The notes: a model not told the origin generated them from the letters alone. 64,000 nucleotides of DNA from an uncultured archaeon (GCA_964619405.1 CAZUCF010000001.1:33633-97632), one strand, 5' to 3'. Numbered from the stretch's first letter, positions 39,594 to 49,992 are shown. Numbers and translations are program-made.

Positions 39594-39953
39594 CTAATCA
39601 GCTTTCAGTTCAAACCACTCAATTTTTTTTTCTTCAACTAGTTTTTTAATCTTTTTTTGAATCTCGCTTAATTGCGACTTGTTTGACTTGAATTCAATAA
39701 AAACAATTTTGTCATTTTCAAAAGAAACCCCGTCAATTGGTTTCCCAATAAAACGAAAATTTTGTGAATCATACGGATATTTATTAGAAAAAGGTATCCA
39801 TTGTTCGGTTAATTGACCATACTTAACACTTTGAGAACGCTTCAAGTATTGGATTGAAGCCACTTCCTCTTTTAAAGAAAAAACTTTTAAAAAAAGCAAG
39901 AAAATAATTATTACTAAAATTATTATTAAAAAAAATAGAAAAAATTCAAACAT
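39594..39953 (-). CDS. membrane-anchored hypothetical protein (possible nuclease-like fold)
   Basis: An N-terminal TM helix precedes a domain ending IVFIEFKS, which loosely resembles restriction-endonuclease-like folds. This is not conclusive. Confidence 0.35.
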   Translation of the reverse strand: MFEFFLFFLIIILVIIIFLLFLKVFSLKEEVASIQYLKRSQSVKYGQLTEQWIPFSNKYPYDSQNFRFIGKPIDGVSFENDKIVFIEFKSNKSQLSEIQKKIKKLVEEKKIEWFELKAD

Positions 39954-40094
39954 AAATGATTAATGCTTTCCAAATTATTAAACATTTCTCAATTAAAATA
40001 AAACAAATTTTAATCTCTTTTTGTTTTTGTTGGTTTAAATTGAATTTGATAATTATTTTTTGTTATTTATAATTAATGAATAATTTAATTATTT

Positions 40095-41693
40095 TTAATT
40101 CACTAATTTTTTTGAAACATATGTTCCATCATTCTCATAACAAAAGTTTTTTCTATAATACTCTTTTACTCCTAACCCAGAAATAATAACCATTTTTTTT
40201 GAATCAAACTCTTCTTTCGCTATTCGCTCTGCTTCTTCAATAAGAGTTTTGCCATAACCAAGGTGTTGTGTTGAATCAACATCTTTCTCACCAACACCAA
40301 GTGTTTTCCCATAAACATGCAATTCTCTTATTATAGCAGTATTATCATTTATTTGTTTTACAAATGGTTCAAAAGGTTTTCTTAAACGAGCAAAACCATA
40401 CAAACATTCTTTTGACTCCATAGAAATAAAAACTTCTTTACCTTTAGAAGAATTATAAAAAATAGTTTTTAGTTTAGGATTTTTATCAACTATTTTGTTT
40501 TGCCTTGAAAATAATCCTATTTCCCTACACCTAATACAATTACACTTTTTTCCTTCTTTAACTAATTGTTTTTCAATTAATTGTCTTAAATTAGTCTTTT
40601 TTATCCCCCCACTAATAATATTACTTGGAATATCCCTATTAACACGCATTACCCTTACCCAAGGAGGCAACTCTGATTTTAGTTTTGTTAACAATTTAAT
40701 TGTTTTTTCTTCACTCATTGGAACAAAATTTCCTTTCTCCCAATCACTAAAAAGTTTTGTTCCTTTAATGACAAGACAAGGATAAAATTTTACCATATCA
40801 GGTTTAAAATCAGAATTAGAAAAAATTTTTCTAAAATTTTTTAAATCAATAGAATAATTGCTCCCAGGCAAACCAGGCATTAAATGATAAAGAACCTTAA
40901 AACCAGAGTCCTTCAATAATCTTGTTGAATTAATAACAGAATTAACATCATGCCCCCGATTAATTTTTTTATAAATTTTGTTATCAGGATTTTGAACACC
41001 CAATTCAACCCTTGTGCCACCAAGAAAAAGCATTTGTTCAACATCTTTTTTAGAACACAAATCAGGCCTTGTTTCAAAAGTTATTCCAACTATTCGTCTT
41101 GAAGAAATCTCAGCAAATTTTTTTGACAACAAAAAAGAACTTGAATCTTTTTTGGTAACCGCATCAATGCTTGATTTAACAATTTTTTCCTGACTCTTTT
41201 TTGGGAGAGCAGTAAAAGAACTACCTTGAAAAATTAATTCTATTTTCTTAGCATTATTACCAGTAGCATCTAATTGATTAATTCTATTTGAAACAATTTT
41301 GTAAGAATCATAATCAAATCTTTGTGCTCTAAGAGTTGAAGGCTCAAAACCAGTGTATGATTGAGGCGCTTTTTTATTTTCAAAAGAAGACGGACAATAA
41401 ACACACTTTCCAGGGCATTTAAAAGGAGGGAGCATTACAGCTATTACTTGAACACCCGAAAGACTTCTCGTAGGTTTTATTGAAAGTAATCCCAAAATTT
41501 TTTTAGAAGGTTTTTTTACAAAAGAAAGAATGAATGGCCTTGTTGGAACTTCGGTCAAAGAAAATTTTTTACAATAATCAAACTGCACTAACTCAATATC
41601 GCGCAAAGAATTTATTTTATTATTTTCAATGTCAAATATTATTTGTTTTGCAAAAGCAACTCTATTTTTAAAAGAATCCATAAAAATAATCAA
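40095..41693 (-). CDS. elp3: Elp3-family radical SAM / GNAT tRNA modification enzyme
   Basis: The radical SAM cluster CPGKCVYCP is followed by a C-terminal GNAT domain. The length of about 530 aa also fits. Confidence 0.9.
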   Translation of the reverse strand: MIIFMDSFKNRVAFAKQIIFDIENNKINSLRDIELVQFDYCKKFSLTEVPTRPFILSFVKKPSKKILGLLSIKPTRSLSGVQVIAVMLPPFKCPGKCVYCPSSFENKKAPQSYTGFEPSTLRAQRFDYDSYKIVSNRINQLDATGNNAKKIELIFQGSSFTALPKKSQEKIVKSSIDAVTKKDSSSFLLSKKFAEISSRRIVGITFETRPDLCSKKDVEQMLFLGGTRVELGVQNPDNKIYKKINRGHDVNSVINSTRLLKDSGFKVLYHLMPGLPGSNYSIDLKNFRKIFSNSDFKPDMVKFYPCLVIKGTKLFSDWEKGNFVPMSEEKTIKLLTKLKSELPPWVRVMRVNRDIPSNIISGGIKKTNLRQLIEKQLVKEGKKCNCIRCREIGLFSRQNKIVDKNPKLKTIFYNSSKGKEVFISMESKECLYGFARLRKPFEPFVKQINDNTAIIRELHVYGKTLGVGEKDVDSTQHLGYGKTLIEEAERIAKEEFDSKKMVIISGLGVKEYYRKNFCYENDGTYVSKKLVN

Positions 41694-41696
41694 AAA

Positions 41697-42491
41697 TTAA
41701 TTAAAAATTGATGTTAAAACACCAGTTAGAAAATAACTTGGAAGAATAGATATTGAGAAAAACGGAAAACCATTCAAAGATGATTCCAATTTATAAGTTA
41801 TTGTTTGAGATGTTTTTGAAGAAAGCGTAAAACTCTTTGAATAATAATCACTTTGCATTATTATTTTAGTTAAAAAATGATGTTCACCGTGAATTCTTGG
41901 AAAAACAATTATTTTTTCAATAATCTTACTTTGCTTAGGAACTATTATTTCTTTATAATATTTTTTCCCAAAATAATTTTCACCAAGCCAATACCAAGGT
42001 AATCCAACTTCAATTTTAAAAACAGCATCCGCATCAGAATTATTTATTAAGAGAAAACTATACTCTGCAGAATCGTTAACAAAAACATTTGATGAATAAT
42101 TAAGTAATGTTGAATCAAGCAAAGAATCCTCAACTGAGAAAAAAACATTTACTGATTCTGAAGAAGATATTCCTTGCAACGTAAAAGAAAAATTATAATT
42201 TGTTTTTGGTGTTCGTTCATTAGAAACAATTATTATTTTGAATGACTCTAAATAATCCTTTACCGATACTGAAAAAAAATCTGGTAATTCAGAAGTTATC
42301 TTCAAAGAATCAAAAAATCCAAGTTCTTTTGAAACAATTAATTCGAGGGTTTGACCAGGAACAATTGAACCAACGAAAGAATTATCAATTAAATCTTTAG
42401 AAATTGGCTCAACAAGCCTTATTGCAAAAGCATTACTAATCAAGAATAAAAATAATATTAAAAATAAAGCCTTTTTAAACATTATAACCAA
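41697..42491 (-). CDS. secreted hypothetical protein
   Basis: Has an N-terminal signal peptide (MFKKALFLILFLFLISNAFA). Confidence 0.5.
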   Translation of the reverse strand: MVIMFKKALFLILFLFLISNAFAIRLVEPISKDLIDNSFVGSIVPGQTLELIVSKELGFFDSLKITSELPDFFSVSVKDYLESFKIIIVSNERTPKTNYNFSFTLQGISSSESVNVFFSVEDSLLDSTLLNYSSNVFVNDSAEYSFLLINNSDADAVFKIEVGLPWYWLGENYFGKKYYKEIIVPKQSKIIEKIIVFPRIHGEHHFLTKIIMQSDYYSKSFTLSSKTSQTITYKLESSLNGFPFFSISILPSYFLTGVLTSIFN

Positions 42492-42528
42492 AAAATTGTT
42501 GAAAGGAACAAAATAAAAAGGTTATTTT

Positions 42529-43116
42529 ATGGATAAAAAAGAAACTATTTTTCAAATGATAAAAGAACATCATAAAAAAACATTTGAAAAAGCAATAAAA
42601 GAAGGAAAAATGGATCTCGAATTTATTCCATTGTGCAAACACATAGCAAAAACAAAAAACTTTTTTACTAGTAGTTGTTGCGCGGGAAGAATAGTTTTAG
42701 TAAGTTTGGATCAAAAAGAAAGAAAAAAAGAAAGCGCTTTTCACAGAAAATGGCATAGAAAAGTAAATTACAACGAAGTAAAAAAAGGAGTTGATCTTTT
42801 CAACGGAGAAGTATTATGGTTAAAACAAGAACCAATAATATTACATATTGGAGCAAAAGATTTGGAAAACTCAAAAAAAATATTAGCAATTTGTGAAAAA
42901 GTTGGTGTTAAACGATTTGGAATCAAAGTTGCCAAAGAAGGGAAATTCTTAATTGAAATAGTTGGAACACATAGTATCAACATACCAATAAAAGAAGGAA
43001 AAATTGTTATTAGCGATGAATATTTGAAATACATTCTAAAAAAATGCAACAAAAAGTTTGAGAAAAACCAAGCAACATTAAAAAATTTTACAAAAGAAAT
43101 AAAAAAAATAAAGTGA
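42529..43116 (+). CDS. taw3: tRNA wyosine-derivative methyltransferase Taw3 (TYW3 family)
   Basis: Carries the TYW3 signature SSCCAGRI (SSCSGRI-type). The length of about 195 aa fits. Confidence 0.7.
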   Translation: MDKKETIFQMIKEHHKKTFEKAIKEGKMDLEFIPLCKHIAKTKNFFTSSCCAGRIVLVSLDQKERKKESAFHRKWHRKVNYNEVKKGVDLFNGEVLWLKQEPIILHIGAKDLENSKKILAICEKVGVKRFGIKVAKEGKFLIEIVGTHSINIPIKEGKIVISDEYLKYILKKCNKKFEKNQATLKNFTKEIKKIK

Positions 43117-43313
43117 TTAAACTAAAAATATGCAAACAATAAAACAAAAAATAGAAAATAAATAAACAATAAACTGAATATTGAAAACAAAAAATTAAAC
43201 TAAACTTGCAAAAAAATAAACAATTTATAGAATATAACAAAAAATTAAACTAAAATAACATTTCAAAAATTAATTTATTTATAAATTAAAAATAATAAAA
43301 AACTAAATTTTAA

Positions 43314-44837
43314 TTAGTTTTTACCTAATATTGTTGACAAAACTTTTTCTGGTGAAAAATAATAACTTTGAATAACTTCAAGAATTTCTTCAGGTTTTGA
43401 AAAATCATTTTCAACCATCCAAGACAAAATCAATTGTCTAGTTTCAATTTCCTTTTTCAAAACATTTTTTTCAATTGAATTTTGCTCGGCAAATTTTTCA
43501 ATAACATGACTTGGAATATTTGTCCTAGTTAAAGAAGAATTATTTAATTCAAAAACATTTGCTAACAAAATCTTATCATCCATTCTTGAGACCTCTGAAA
43601 TTTGCGAAACTTTTCTAATAACCCCTTCTTTAGAAAAATTTTTTTGCAAAACAACAATTAAATCAACCAAAGACAATAATGATTTAGGAACATCAAATGG
43701 TTTTTCACATAACTTATCAACGGTTTCTCTAGCATTGTTAGCATGAATAGTTCCAAGACAACCAGAATGCCCATTATTCATTGCAGTAAAAAGTGTTAAT
43801 GCTTCACTACCCCTTACTTCACCAACAATTATTCTGTCAGGCCTCATTCTCAAAGAATTTTTTAATAAATAATTCATTGAAATTTCATTATCTTTTGAAT
43901 GAATTGCTTCTAAAGCAACCCAGTTCTCCCTATTAAGAAAATTTAGTTCAAGAGTATCTTCTATTGAAATAATCCTTTCATTTAATCTAATAAAATTTGA
44001 TAGAACAGAGAGAAAAGCAGTTTTTCCTGTTGCTGTTCCACCAACAATAAGAATGTTTTTTGGGTTAACCCCAAACCCATCAACCATTACCCACAAGAAA
44101 GCAGCAGCATCAACATTAATAGTATTATTTTTTATCAAATCAATAATTGAAAGCGGATTATGAGAAAACTTTCTAATTGTAAGAGAAACCCCTTTTGGAG
44201 AAATATTATTCATTGTTGCATTTATCCTGCTACCATCAGGCAAATGAGCATCAAGCAAAGGATTATTATAATTAAATTCTTTCCCAACACTAAAAGCTAT
44301 TTTTTGAACCAAATTATTAAAACTTTTTTCATCAAGAACAAGATTAGTCTTACACACGCCAAATTCTTTATGAAAAACAAAAACCTCGTTTAAAGCATTA
44401 ATCATTAATTCTTCAAAACCTTTTTCAATAAAAAAAAAAGATAATTGTTTCAAACCAATCGCATTATGAAAAACAGTTTCAGCAAAAATAGATTTGTTTG
44501 AAATAAAATCAATATCTTTAATCAAATAAATTAATGATTCCACAAGCGAAACAAATAATTTCAAAGAAGAAATCTTTTCCAACAAACCATTTAAATCAAT
44601 AACCGAAATAATATTTTCCCTAAAATTAGACAAAAAATCTTCTGAAACACCAAAATCATTTATTTCAGAAAAAGATGCCTTCCTTTTAATAATATCTTCT
44701 AAAAAAAAAGCAAATTTTTGCTCTTTTTCAGAAAAATACACTTCTTTTAAATCATAATAATTATGCGCAAGACCCTTGTAGAATACGCCAAGTTCAGATT
44801 CATGCATTTTACCCAAACGAATCTCATTAAACTTCAT
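43314..44837 (-). CDS. second FlaI/TadA/GspE-family secretion ATPase, intein-free
   Basis: Contains LLDAHLPDGSRINAT, the Walker A GGTATGKTA, IEDTLELN and the His box NNGHSGCLGTIHANN. Confidence 0.85.
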   Translation of the reverse strand: MKFNEIRLGKMHESELGVFYKGLAHNYYDLKEVYFSEKEQKFAFFLEDIIKRKASFSEINDFGVSEDFLSNFRENIISVIDLNGLLEKISSLKLFVSLVESLIYLIKDIDFISNKSIFAETVFHNAIGLKQLSFFFIEKGFEELMINALNEVFVFHKEFGVCKTNLVLDEKSFNNLVQKIAFSVGKEFNYNNPLLDAHLPDGSRINATMNNISPKGVSLTIRKFSHNPLSIIDLIKNNTINVDAAAFLWVMVDGFGVNPKNILIVGGTATGKTAFLSVLSNFIRLNERIISIEDTLELNFLNRENWVALEAIHSKDNEISMNYLLKNSLRMRPDRIIVGEVRGSEALTLFTAMNNGHSGCLGTIHANNARETVDKLCEKPFDVPKSLLSLVDLIVVLQKNFSKEGVIRKVSQISEVSRMDDKILLANVFELNNSSLTRTNIPSHVIEKFAEQNSIEKNVLKKEIETRQLILSWMVENDFSKPEEILEVIQSYYFSPEKVLSTILGKN

Positions 44838-44876
44838 GCAAATGATTTATATAAAAAGTAGTATAATAAGCTTATT

Positions 44877-46262
44877 ATGAACAACAATAAAAAAAATATT
44901 AATAAAAACAAAAACAAGGAAATTATTACAAAAATTTGTAAAAAAATATTAAAAAAAATTACTCCAACCAAAGAAGAATTAATCGAAGAAAAAAAAATTT
45001 TTGAGGAAATAAAACAAAAAGTTTCTAAAATTAACGGAAAACAATCATATTTGGAATGGTGCGGAAGTAGTGCGAGAAACACTCACTTGAGAAATGACAG
45101 AGATTTAGATTTATTTATAATGTTTGATAAACAATTAAGTGACCAAGAATTAGAAAAAGAAGGATTAAAAATAGGAAAAAAAGTTTTTAAAGGAAACAAA
45201 TGGGAAAAAGCGTACTCACAACACCCATACATAAGAGGAATAATAAAAGGGTTTGACATTGAAATAGTCCCAGGATACATTGTTAAAAGTGGTTCCGAAA
45301 AAAAAAGTGCTGTTGACAGAACGCCATTCCATAACAAATACTTATTAGAAAGATTTTCTAAAAAACAAAAAAATGAAGTAAGATTACTCAAACAATTCCT
45401 AAAAGGAATTGATGCTTATGGCGCAGATTTAAAGAATTGTGCTTTGCCAGGATACGGAATAGAATTAATAATACTAAAATATGGTAGTTTTCAAAAAGCT
45501 TTGAAAGAAATTTCAAAATGGCAAAAAGGAATAATAATAAAATTTAATAGCGAAGAAGAAAAATTTGATACACCATTAACAATAATTGATCCTGTTGACC
45601 CAAAAAGAAATGTTGCATCAGCATTAACAACAGAACAATTTGAGAAAATGATTTATGCGAGCAAATTGTTTTTGCAAAAACCTAACAAAAAATTTTTTTT
45701 CCGAAAAAAAGTAAGGGCTTGGCCAAAACAAAAAGTAAAAAAAATGTTGGAGAAAAAAGAGTTGATTGCATTAAAAACAATTTTTCCTCAAAAAGGATTA
45801 AAGGATTTGATTTGGGGGCAATTAAGAAGAACCCTAAAAAAAATATCAAACACATTACAAGAAAATGATTTTGTTGTTTTAAGACAAAGATTATGGAGTA
45901 ATGAAAAAGAAGTGTGGTTCATATTTGAATTAGAATCATTAGAATTGCAAAAATCAAAAAAAATAATTGGACCAAAAGCAAGTGACGAAGAAAATGTTAA
46001 AAAGTTTTTAGAAAAGAAAAAGATTCTTAGCGGACCAAGGATTGAGAATGAACGCATTATAATAGAAATTGAGAGAAAACAAAACAAGGCAAGTGAAATA
46101 CTTAAAGAATTTGTGAAAAAATATAGTAAAGACGAAAAAAAAGATGTGAAAAAAATGTTGAAAACAGGGAAAGTTGTTTTCGAAAAAGAAATGCTTAAAG
46201 AATACAAGGGAGAATTTGCAAAGTTTTTTACAAAATACTTGAAAGGAAAAGAAATATTCTAA
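44877..46262 (+). CDS. cca: CCA-adding tRNA nucleotidyltransferase, archaeal class I
   Basis: The nucleotidyltransferase motif GSSARNTHLRNDRDLDLF is present. The protein is about 460 aa. Confidence 0.85.
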   Translation: MNNNKKNINKNKNKEIITKICKKILKKITPTKEELIEEKKIFEEIKQKVSKINGKQSYLEWCGSSARNTHLRNDRDLDLFIMFDKQLSDQELEKEGLKIGKKVFKGNKWEKAYSQHPYIRGIIKGFDIEIVPGYIVKSGSEKKSAVDRTPFHNKYLLERFSKKQKNEVRLLKQFLKGIDAYGADLKNCALPGYGIELIILKYGSFQKALKEISKWQKGIIIKFNSEEEKFDTPLTIIDPVDPKRNVASALTTEQFEKMIYASKLFLQKPNKKFFFRKKVRAWPKQKVKKMLEKKELIALKTIFPQKGLKDLIWGQLRRTLKKISNTLQENDFVVLRQRLWSNEKEVWFIFELESLELQKSKKIIGPKASDEENVKKFLEKKKILSGPRIENERIIIEIERKQNKASEILKEFVKKYSKDEKKDVKKMLKTGKVVFEKEMLKEYKGEFAKFFTKYLKGKEIF

Positions 46263-46321
46263 TAAAAGTTTTCAAACAAAACATTAATAAATAAAAAAAA
46301 ATAAATTATTTCGGTGATTTA

Positions 46322-46573
46322 ATGCCAAGATATGCTGGACAAGGAAGTGCTATAAGTAAAAGAAAAAAACAAATTTCAAGAGTCACAAAAATCCCAAAAA
46401 GGAAAGTAAAATTTAACATGGCTATTAAAAAAACAGGTTTAAGAATTCCAAAAATGGGACTGGCAAGGCCCGGCGCGGTAATAAGAGTACCAGCTAACAC
46501 TAATGTTAACAAAGCACTAAAAAAAATGAAGAGACTTAACCCAAGAACATTGCAAAAAGAAAGAAGAAGATAA
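46322..46573 (+). CDS. small highly basic protein (possible ribosomal or nucleic-acid-binding protein)
   Basis: 83 aa, K/R-rich. The antisense ORF is hydrophobic and probably spurious. No family could be assigned. Confidence 0.35.
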   Translation: MPRYAGQGSAISKRKKQISRVTKIPKRKVKFNMAIKKTGLRIPKMGLARPGAVIRVPANTNVNKALKKMKRLNPRTLQKERRR

Positions 46574-46660
46574 AATAAAAACTATTTAATTTAACAAATA
46601 TAAGTATACAATTAAATACAAAAACTAAATCAAAAAATTAAGTAATTCACTTTGATAAAA

Positions 46661-46745
46661 CGGGCCCGGAGGGAATCGAACCCCCATCTCAAGATCGCTA
46701 CAATAATGCCGAAGTCTTGCCGGTTATCCATTGCCACACGAGCCC
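46661..46745 (-). tRNA. tRNA-Arg(UCG) with a 13-nt intron at the canonical 37/38 position
   Basis: The reverse complement GGGCTCG-TG-...TTCGATT...CGGGCCC-G folds into an acceptor stem (7 bp, one G.U), U8, a D-loop with A14 and GG, the anticodon stem CAAGA/TCTTG and a TPsiC arm GGGGG-TTCGATT-CCCTC. The anticodon loop CUUCGG[13 nt]A gives the anticodon UCG. CCA is not encoded. Confidence 0.65.
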
Positions 46746-46891
46746 ATAATATAATTGTGTTAAAGAAGTTTTTAATATTAATTAAAACAACCATTAAAGA
46801 TTTCTTTTATAAAGGTTATCAATTAAAAAATAAATTATCAGAGAACTTAAAATTAACAAAAAATAAGATATTGATTAAAAAAGGTGAATTT

Positions 46892-47047
46892 ATGAAAAAA
46901 TGTACTAGTTGTAACAAAATAGTTACAGATGACAAAACAGAGTTCAAATGCCCGAGTTGTGGAAAAGAAACAATAATTAGGTGTAACTCTTGTAAAATGA
47001 CATCAAAAGAATATACTTGTAAAGAATGCGGTTTTGTGGGGCCTTAG
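46892..47047 (+). CDS. Zn-ribbon RNA-binding protein (COG2888 family) typically encoded upstream of aEF-1beta
   Basis: The 51-aa protein MKKCTSCNKIVTDDKTEFKCPSCGKETIIRCNSCKMTSKEYTCKECGFVGP has four CxxC pairs. The longer track ORF (46652..) overlaps the tRNA and its N-terminal part is spurious. Confidence 0.75.
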   Translation: MKKCTSCNKIVTDDKTEFKCPSCGKETIIRCNSCKMTSKEYTCKECGFVGP

Positions 47048-47049
47048 AA

Positions 47050-47316
47050 ATGGGAAAAGCAATGGTCATTTTCAAGGTTTTTTCGGACCCTGAAAAAATG
47101 GATGCTGTTACAGTAGCTTTAAAAAGTATTGAAATAGACCAAGTAAAATTTCAAGATTTGAAAAGAGAACCAATTGGTTTTGGAATCGAAGTTATAAGAG
47201 TCGGATATATTGTACCAGATAAAACTGATGGATTAATGCCCAAACTCGAAGAAGAAATATCAAAAATTGATGGGATTAATCAATTAGAAGTAGATGGTGT
47301 AACACTAATTTCTTAA
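47050..47316 (+). CDS. ef1b: translation elongation factor aEF-1 beta
   Basis: The protein MGKAMVIFKVFSDPEKMDAVTVALKSIEI...FGIEVIRVGYIVPDKTDGLMPKLEEEISKIDGINQLEV is the typical 88-aa aEF-1beta. Confidence 0.85.
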   Translation: MGKAMVIFKVFSDPEKMDAVTVALKSIEIDQVKFQDLKREPIGFGIEVIRVGYIVPDKTDGLMPKLEEEISKIDGINQLEVDGVTLIS

Positions 47317-47450
47317 AAACTAAACATTAACAAAATATTAAAATAATAAAACTTTACATGAATTGTTAACCAAATAATTCATAAAAATAATACTTAATAA
47401 AAAGCGAATTTTGGCATTGCCTTTTATTCTTTTTTAAGTTAAAATTATTT

Positions 47451-49502
47451 ATGATAAAAACACTGGAATTAAAAAATTGGCGAACACACAAACAATCCAT
47501 TTTTGAGTTTGGAAAAGGAACAAACGTAATAATAGGTGTGATGGGTTCAGGAAAAAGTTCAATAATGAATGCGCTAAGTTATTCTTTATTTGGAAACTTT
47601 CCATCATTAAAAAGCAAACAAGTATCACTCAACGAAATAATAATGAACAAACCAAACCCTTGTATTGAAACTGAAACAAAATTAACTTTTACAAATAATG
47701 AAAAAGAATATACTGTTCAAAGAATAATAAAAAACAACGGAACAAACGAAGCAAAATTATTTGAAGGAAATATGTTAATTGCCGGCCCAAAACAAAAAGA
47801 TGTTAACGAAAAAATTGAGAAACTTCTTGGATTAAATTATGAATTATTTAGTAGAGCCGCATATTCAGAACAAAATGAAATCGATTTTTTTCTCAAATTG
47901 ACTCCGAGTGAAAGAAAAAGAAAATTTGATGAATTATTAGAATTAGAAAAATATGAAATTGCAAGAAAAAACGCAATTAGCTTGAAAAATCAATTTACAA
48001 GAGAAAACAAACAACAAAAAGAATTTATTGAACAACAAAAAGAAATTGTAAAAAATTATGAAGAAAATAAAATACTTGAACGAATACAAAAAGAAAAAAA
48101 TGATATTAATGATTTGAAACAACAAAAAGAAGTTCTTGCAAAAAAAACAATTGAAGGAAAAGCAAAAATAGGAGAACTTGAAAAAAAAGAAATTGTTTTT
48201 AATCAAACAAGAGATGAAATAACAAAGAATTCTTCAAAGTTAGAAACACTAATTGAAAAATTAGAGGAAAAAGAAAAAATTGATTTAATAAAAATTAATA
48301 TTGAATTAGAATGCCAAAAAAAATCATTTTCTGAATTAGAAAAAGCCATAAAAGAAAACGAAAATCAAAAAAGCATTTTTGAAGAAAAACAAAAAAAACA
48401 AAACGAAGAATTAAAAGTATTAAATTATAGATTGAAACAGTTTGAAAACGAAGAAAATGAAATAAAAAAAATAAGCGGAAAATGCCCCAAATGTTTACGA
48501 GAATTAACTGAAGAACAAAAAGAAAAAATTATTTTTAATGGAAGAAACTCATTAAAAGAAATTGAAAAAAATATTAATGATATTAAAAAAGAAGAACAAA
48601 TAAATATTGAAATAATAAACAAACACAAAAAAGAAATAGAACAAAATAAAACAAAATTTGATAAAACAAAAGAAAAAATTTTTTTGTTAGAACGAAGCAA
48701 AAAAGAAGCTCAAGAAATTGAACAGTATAAAAAAGAAATTGAATTATTAAAAAAACAGATTCCAGAAAAACAAAAAAAAATTGAAGAACTAAAATTTAAT
48801 AAAAACGATTTTGAAAAAGCAAAAAAAAATTATTTTGAAGAAAAATCATTATTAAACAATGTTGATGAAAAGATTTTAGGCATTGACAAGCTAATAAAAA
48901 GTTTGGAAGAAAATATTGAAAGAATAACAAAAATAAAGTTAAATATAGATTTAATTGAAAAAAAATACGGAAAATTTGATGAAACAACAAAAAAACTAAG
49001 TATTTTTGAAAATTGTTTAATTGCAACACAAAATGAATTAAGAGAAACTTTGTTAGAAACAATTAATGAAGCAATGACACAAATTTGGGGTGTTTTATAC
49101 CCATATAAAGATTTTGTTGACGCCAAACTTTGTGTTGTTGAAAATGGTTATGATTTACAAGTAATGACTAGAAATGGTAATTGGACTAGAGTAGAAGGAA
49201 TACTAAGTGGGGGAGAACGAAGTGCTGCGGCAATTTGCATTAGAATTGCTTTCGCATTAGTACTCACAAAACAATTAAGTATATTTATTTTGGATGAACC
49301 AACACACAATCTTGATAAAAATGCTATAACACGATTAAGTGAAATGTTAAATAATTCTCTTCCAGAATTAGTTGAACAAATATTTGTTATTACACATGAA
49401 AAAGAAATGGAGAAAGCAGCAACAAGCACCCTTTATGAATTACAAAGAAACAAAGATCTAGATGAAGCAACAAAAATAGAAGTGTTGCCATTAAATTATT
49501 AG
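47451..49502 (+). CDS. rad50: Rad50 DSB repair ATPase
   Basis: The Walker A GVMGSGKSS is followed by a long coiled coil with the zinc hook CPKC. The signature LSGGERSAAAICIRIAFAL and the D-loop/Walker B FILDEPTHNLD lie at the C-terminus. Confidence 0.9.
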   Translation: MIKTLELKNWRTHKQSIFEFGKGTNVIIGVMGSGKSSIMNALSYSLFGNFPSLKSKQVSLNEIIMNKPNPCIETETKLTFTNNEKEYTVQRIIKNNGTNEAKLFEGNMLIAGPKQKDVNEKIEKLLGLNYELFSRAAYSEQNEIDFFLKLTPSERKRKFDELLELEKYEIARKNAISLKNQFTRENKQQKEFIEQQKEIVKNYEENKILERIQKEKNDINDLKQQKEVLAKKTIEGKAKIGELEKKEIVFNQTRDEITKNSSKLETLIEKLEEKEKIDLIKINIELECQKKSFSELEKAIKENENQKSIFEEKQKKQNEELKVLNYRLKQFENEENEIKKISGKCPKCLRELTEEQKEKIIFNGRNSLKEIEKNINDIKKEEQINIEIINKHKKEIEQNKTKFDKTKEKIFLLERSKKEAQEIEQYKKEIELLKKQIPEKQKKIEELKFNKNDFEKAKKNYFEEKSLLNNVDEKILGIDKLIKSLEENIERITKIKLNIDLIEKKYGKFDETTKKLSIFENCLIATQNELRETLLETINEAMTQIWGVLYPYKDFVDAKLCVVENGYDLQVMTRNGNWTRVEGILSGGERSAAAICIRIAFALVLTKQLSIFILDEPTHNLDKNAITRLSEMLNNSLPELVEQIFVITHEKEMEKAATSTLYELQRNKDLDEATKIEVLPLNY

Positions 49503-49525
49503 TTTTTTAAAAAAGAATTAAAAAA

Positions 49526-49714
49526 TCACTCTTTCTTAGAAGATAATCTTATAATGTAACCAGATAACACATTTCGATTAGTTTTTGAAAGACCTAATTC
49601 CAATTGTTTTAACTCACTTTTATTTTTATCAAAATCACTACCAAATTTATCAGGCATTTCTTTCAATAGAACTTCGCCTTTGTACTTTAAACCCTTTGAA
49701 ACTGATTTACCCAT
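49526..49714 (-). CDS. rps17e: 30S ribosomal protein S17e
   Basis: MGKSVSKG...PDKFGSDFDKNKSELKQLELGLSKTNRNVLSGYIIRL matches the archaeal S17e pattern (PDxFxxDFexNK...SKxxRNxIAGYIxRL). Confidence 0.7.
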   Translation of the reverse strand: MGKSVSKGLKYKGEVLLKEMPDKFGSDFDKNKSELKQLELGLSKTNRNVLSGYIIRLSSKKE

Positions 49715-49722
49715 AAAAACAC

Positions 49723-49959
49723 CTAAAATAACTCAACTCTTTTTATCAAACCATTTGGATACTTTCTAAGAACACTCATTGGCAAAATATTTTCACCAAG
49801 CTCTTTTTCAGCCACTTCAAGCATTGAAAGTTCTTTTGTTCCTTTAACTAAAGGAGGTGCCCCTAATGACAATTGCAAAGATCTTGCACTAAGAACCCTT
49901 GTTAATTCAAATCTTGTTAACCTAACCATTGACTCACCAATATAACTAATTCTCAACAA
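49723..49959 (-). CDS. rpoK: DNA-directed RNA polymerase subunit Rpo6/RpoK
   Basis: LTRFELTRVLSARSLQLSLGAPPLV matches the Rpb6/RpoK core (TRYExARiiGaRAlQ...GAP). The start is probably the internal ATG (MVRLTRFEL). Confidence 0.7.
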   Translation of the reverse strand: MLRISYIGESMVRLTRFELTRVLSARSLQLSLGAPPLVKGTKELSMLEVAEKELGENILPMSVLRKYPNGLIKRVELF

Positions 49960-49992
49960 GAAGCTTTAAAAAAGTAGCTTTTTTTATTAATT

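Noticed and set aside
39594-39953. Possible Holliday junction resolvase call for the membrane-anchored 119-aa protein
   Set aside because: A canonical Hjc with full motif conservation is present at 60993..61415. This ORF shares only a vague C-terminal beta-strand resemblance and has an N-terminal TM helix, so it is left as hypothetical.
46306-46512. 68-aa minus-strand ORF
   Set aside because: It is the hydrophobic antisense shadow of the plus-strand basic protein 46322..46573, so the plus-strand reading is preferred.
46652-46891. N-terminal 80 codons of the 131-aa track ORF
   Set aside because: It reads through the tRNA-Arg gene on the opposite strand. Only the C-terminal 51 codons (46892..47047) form the conserved Zn-ribbon protein.
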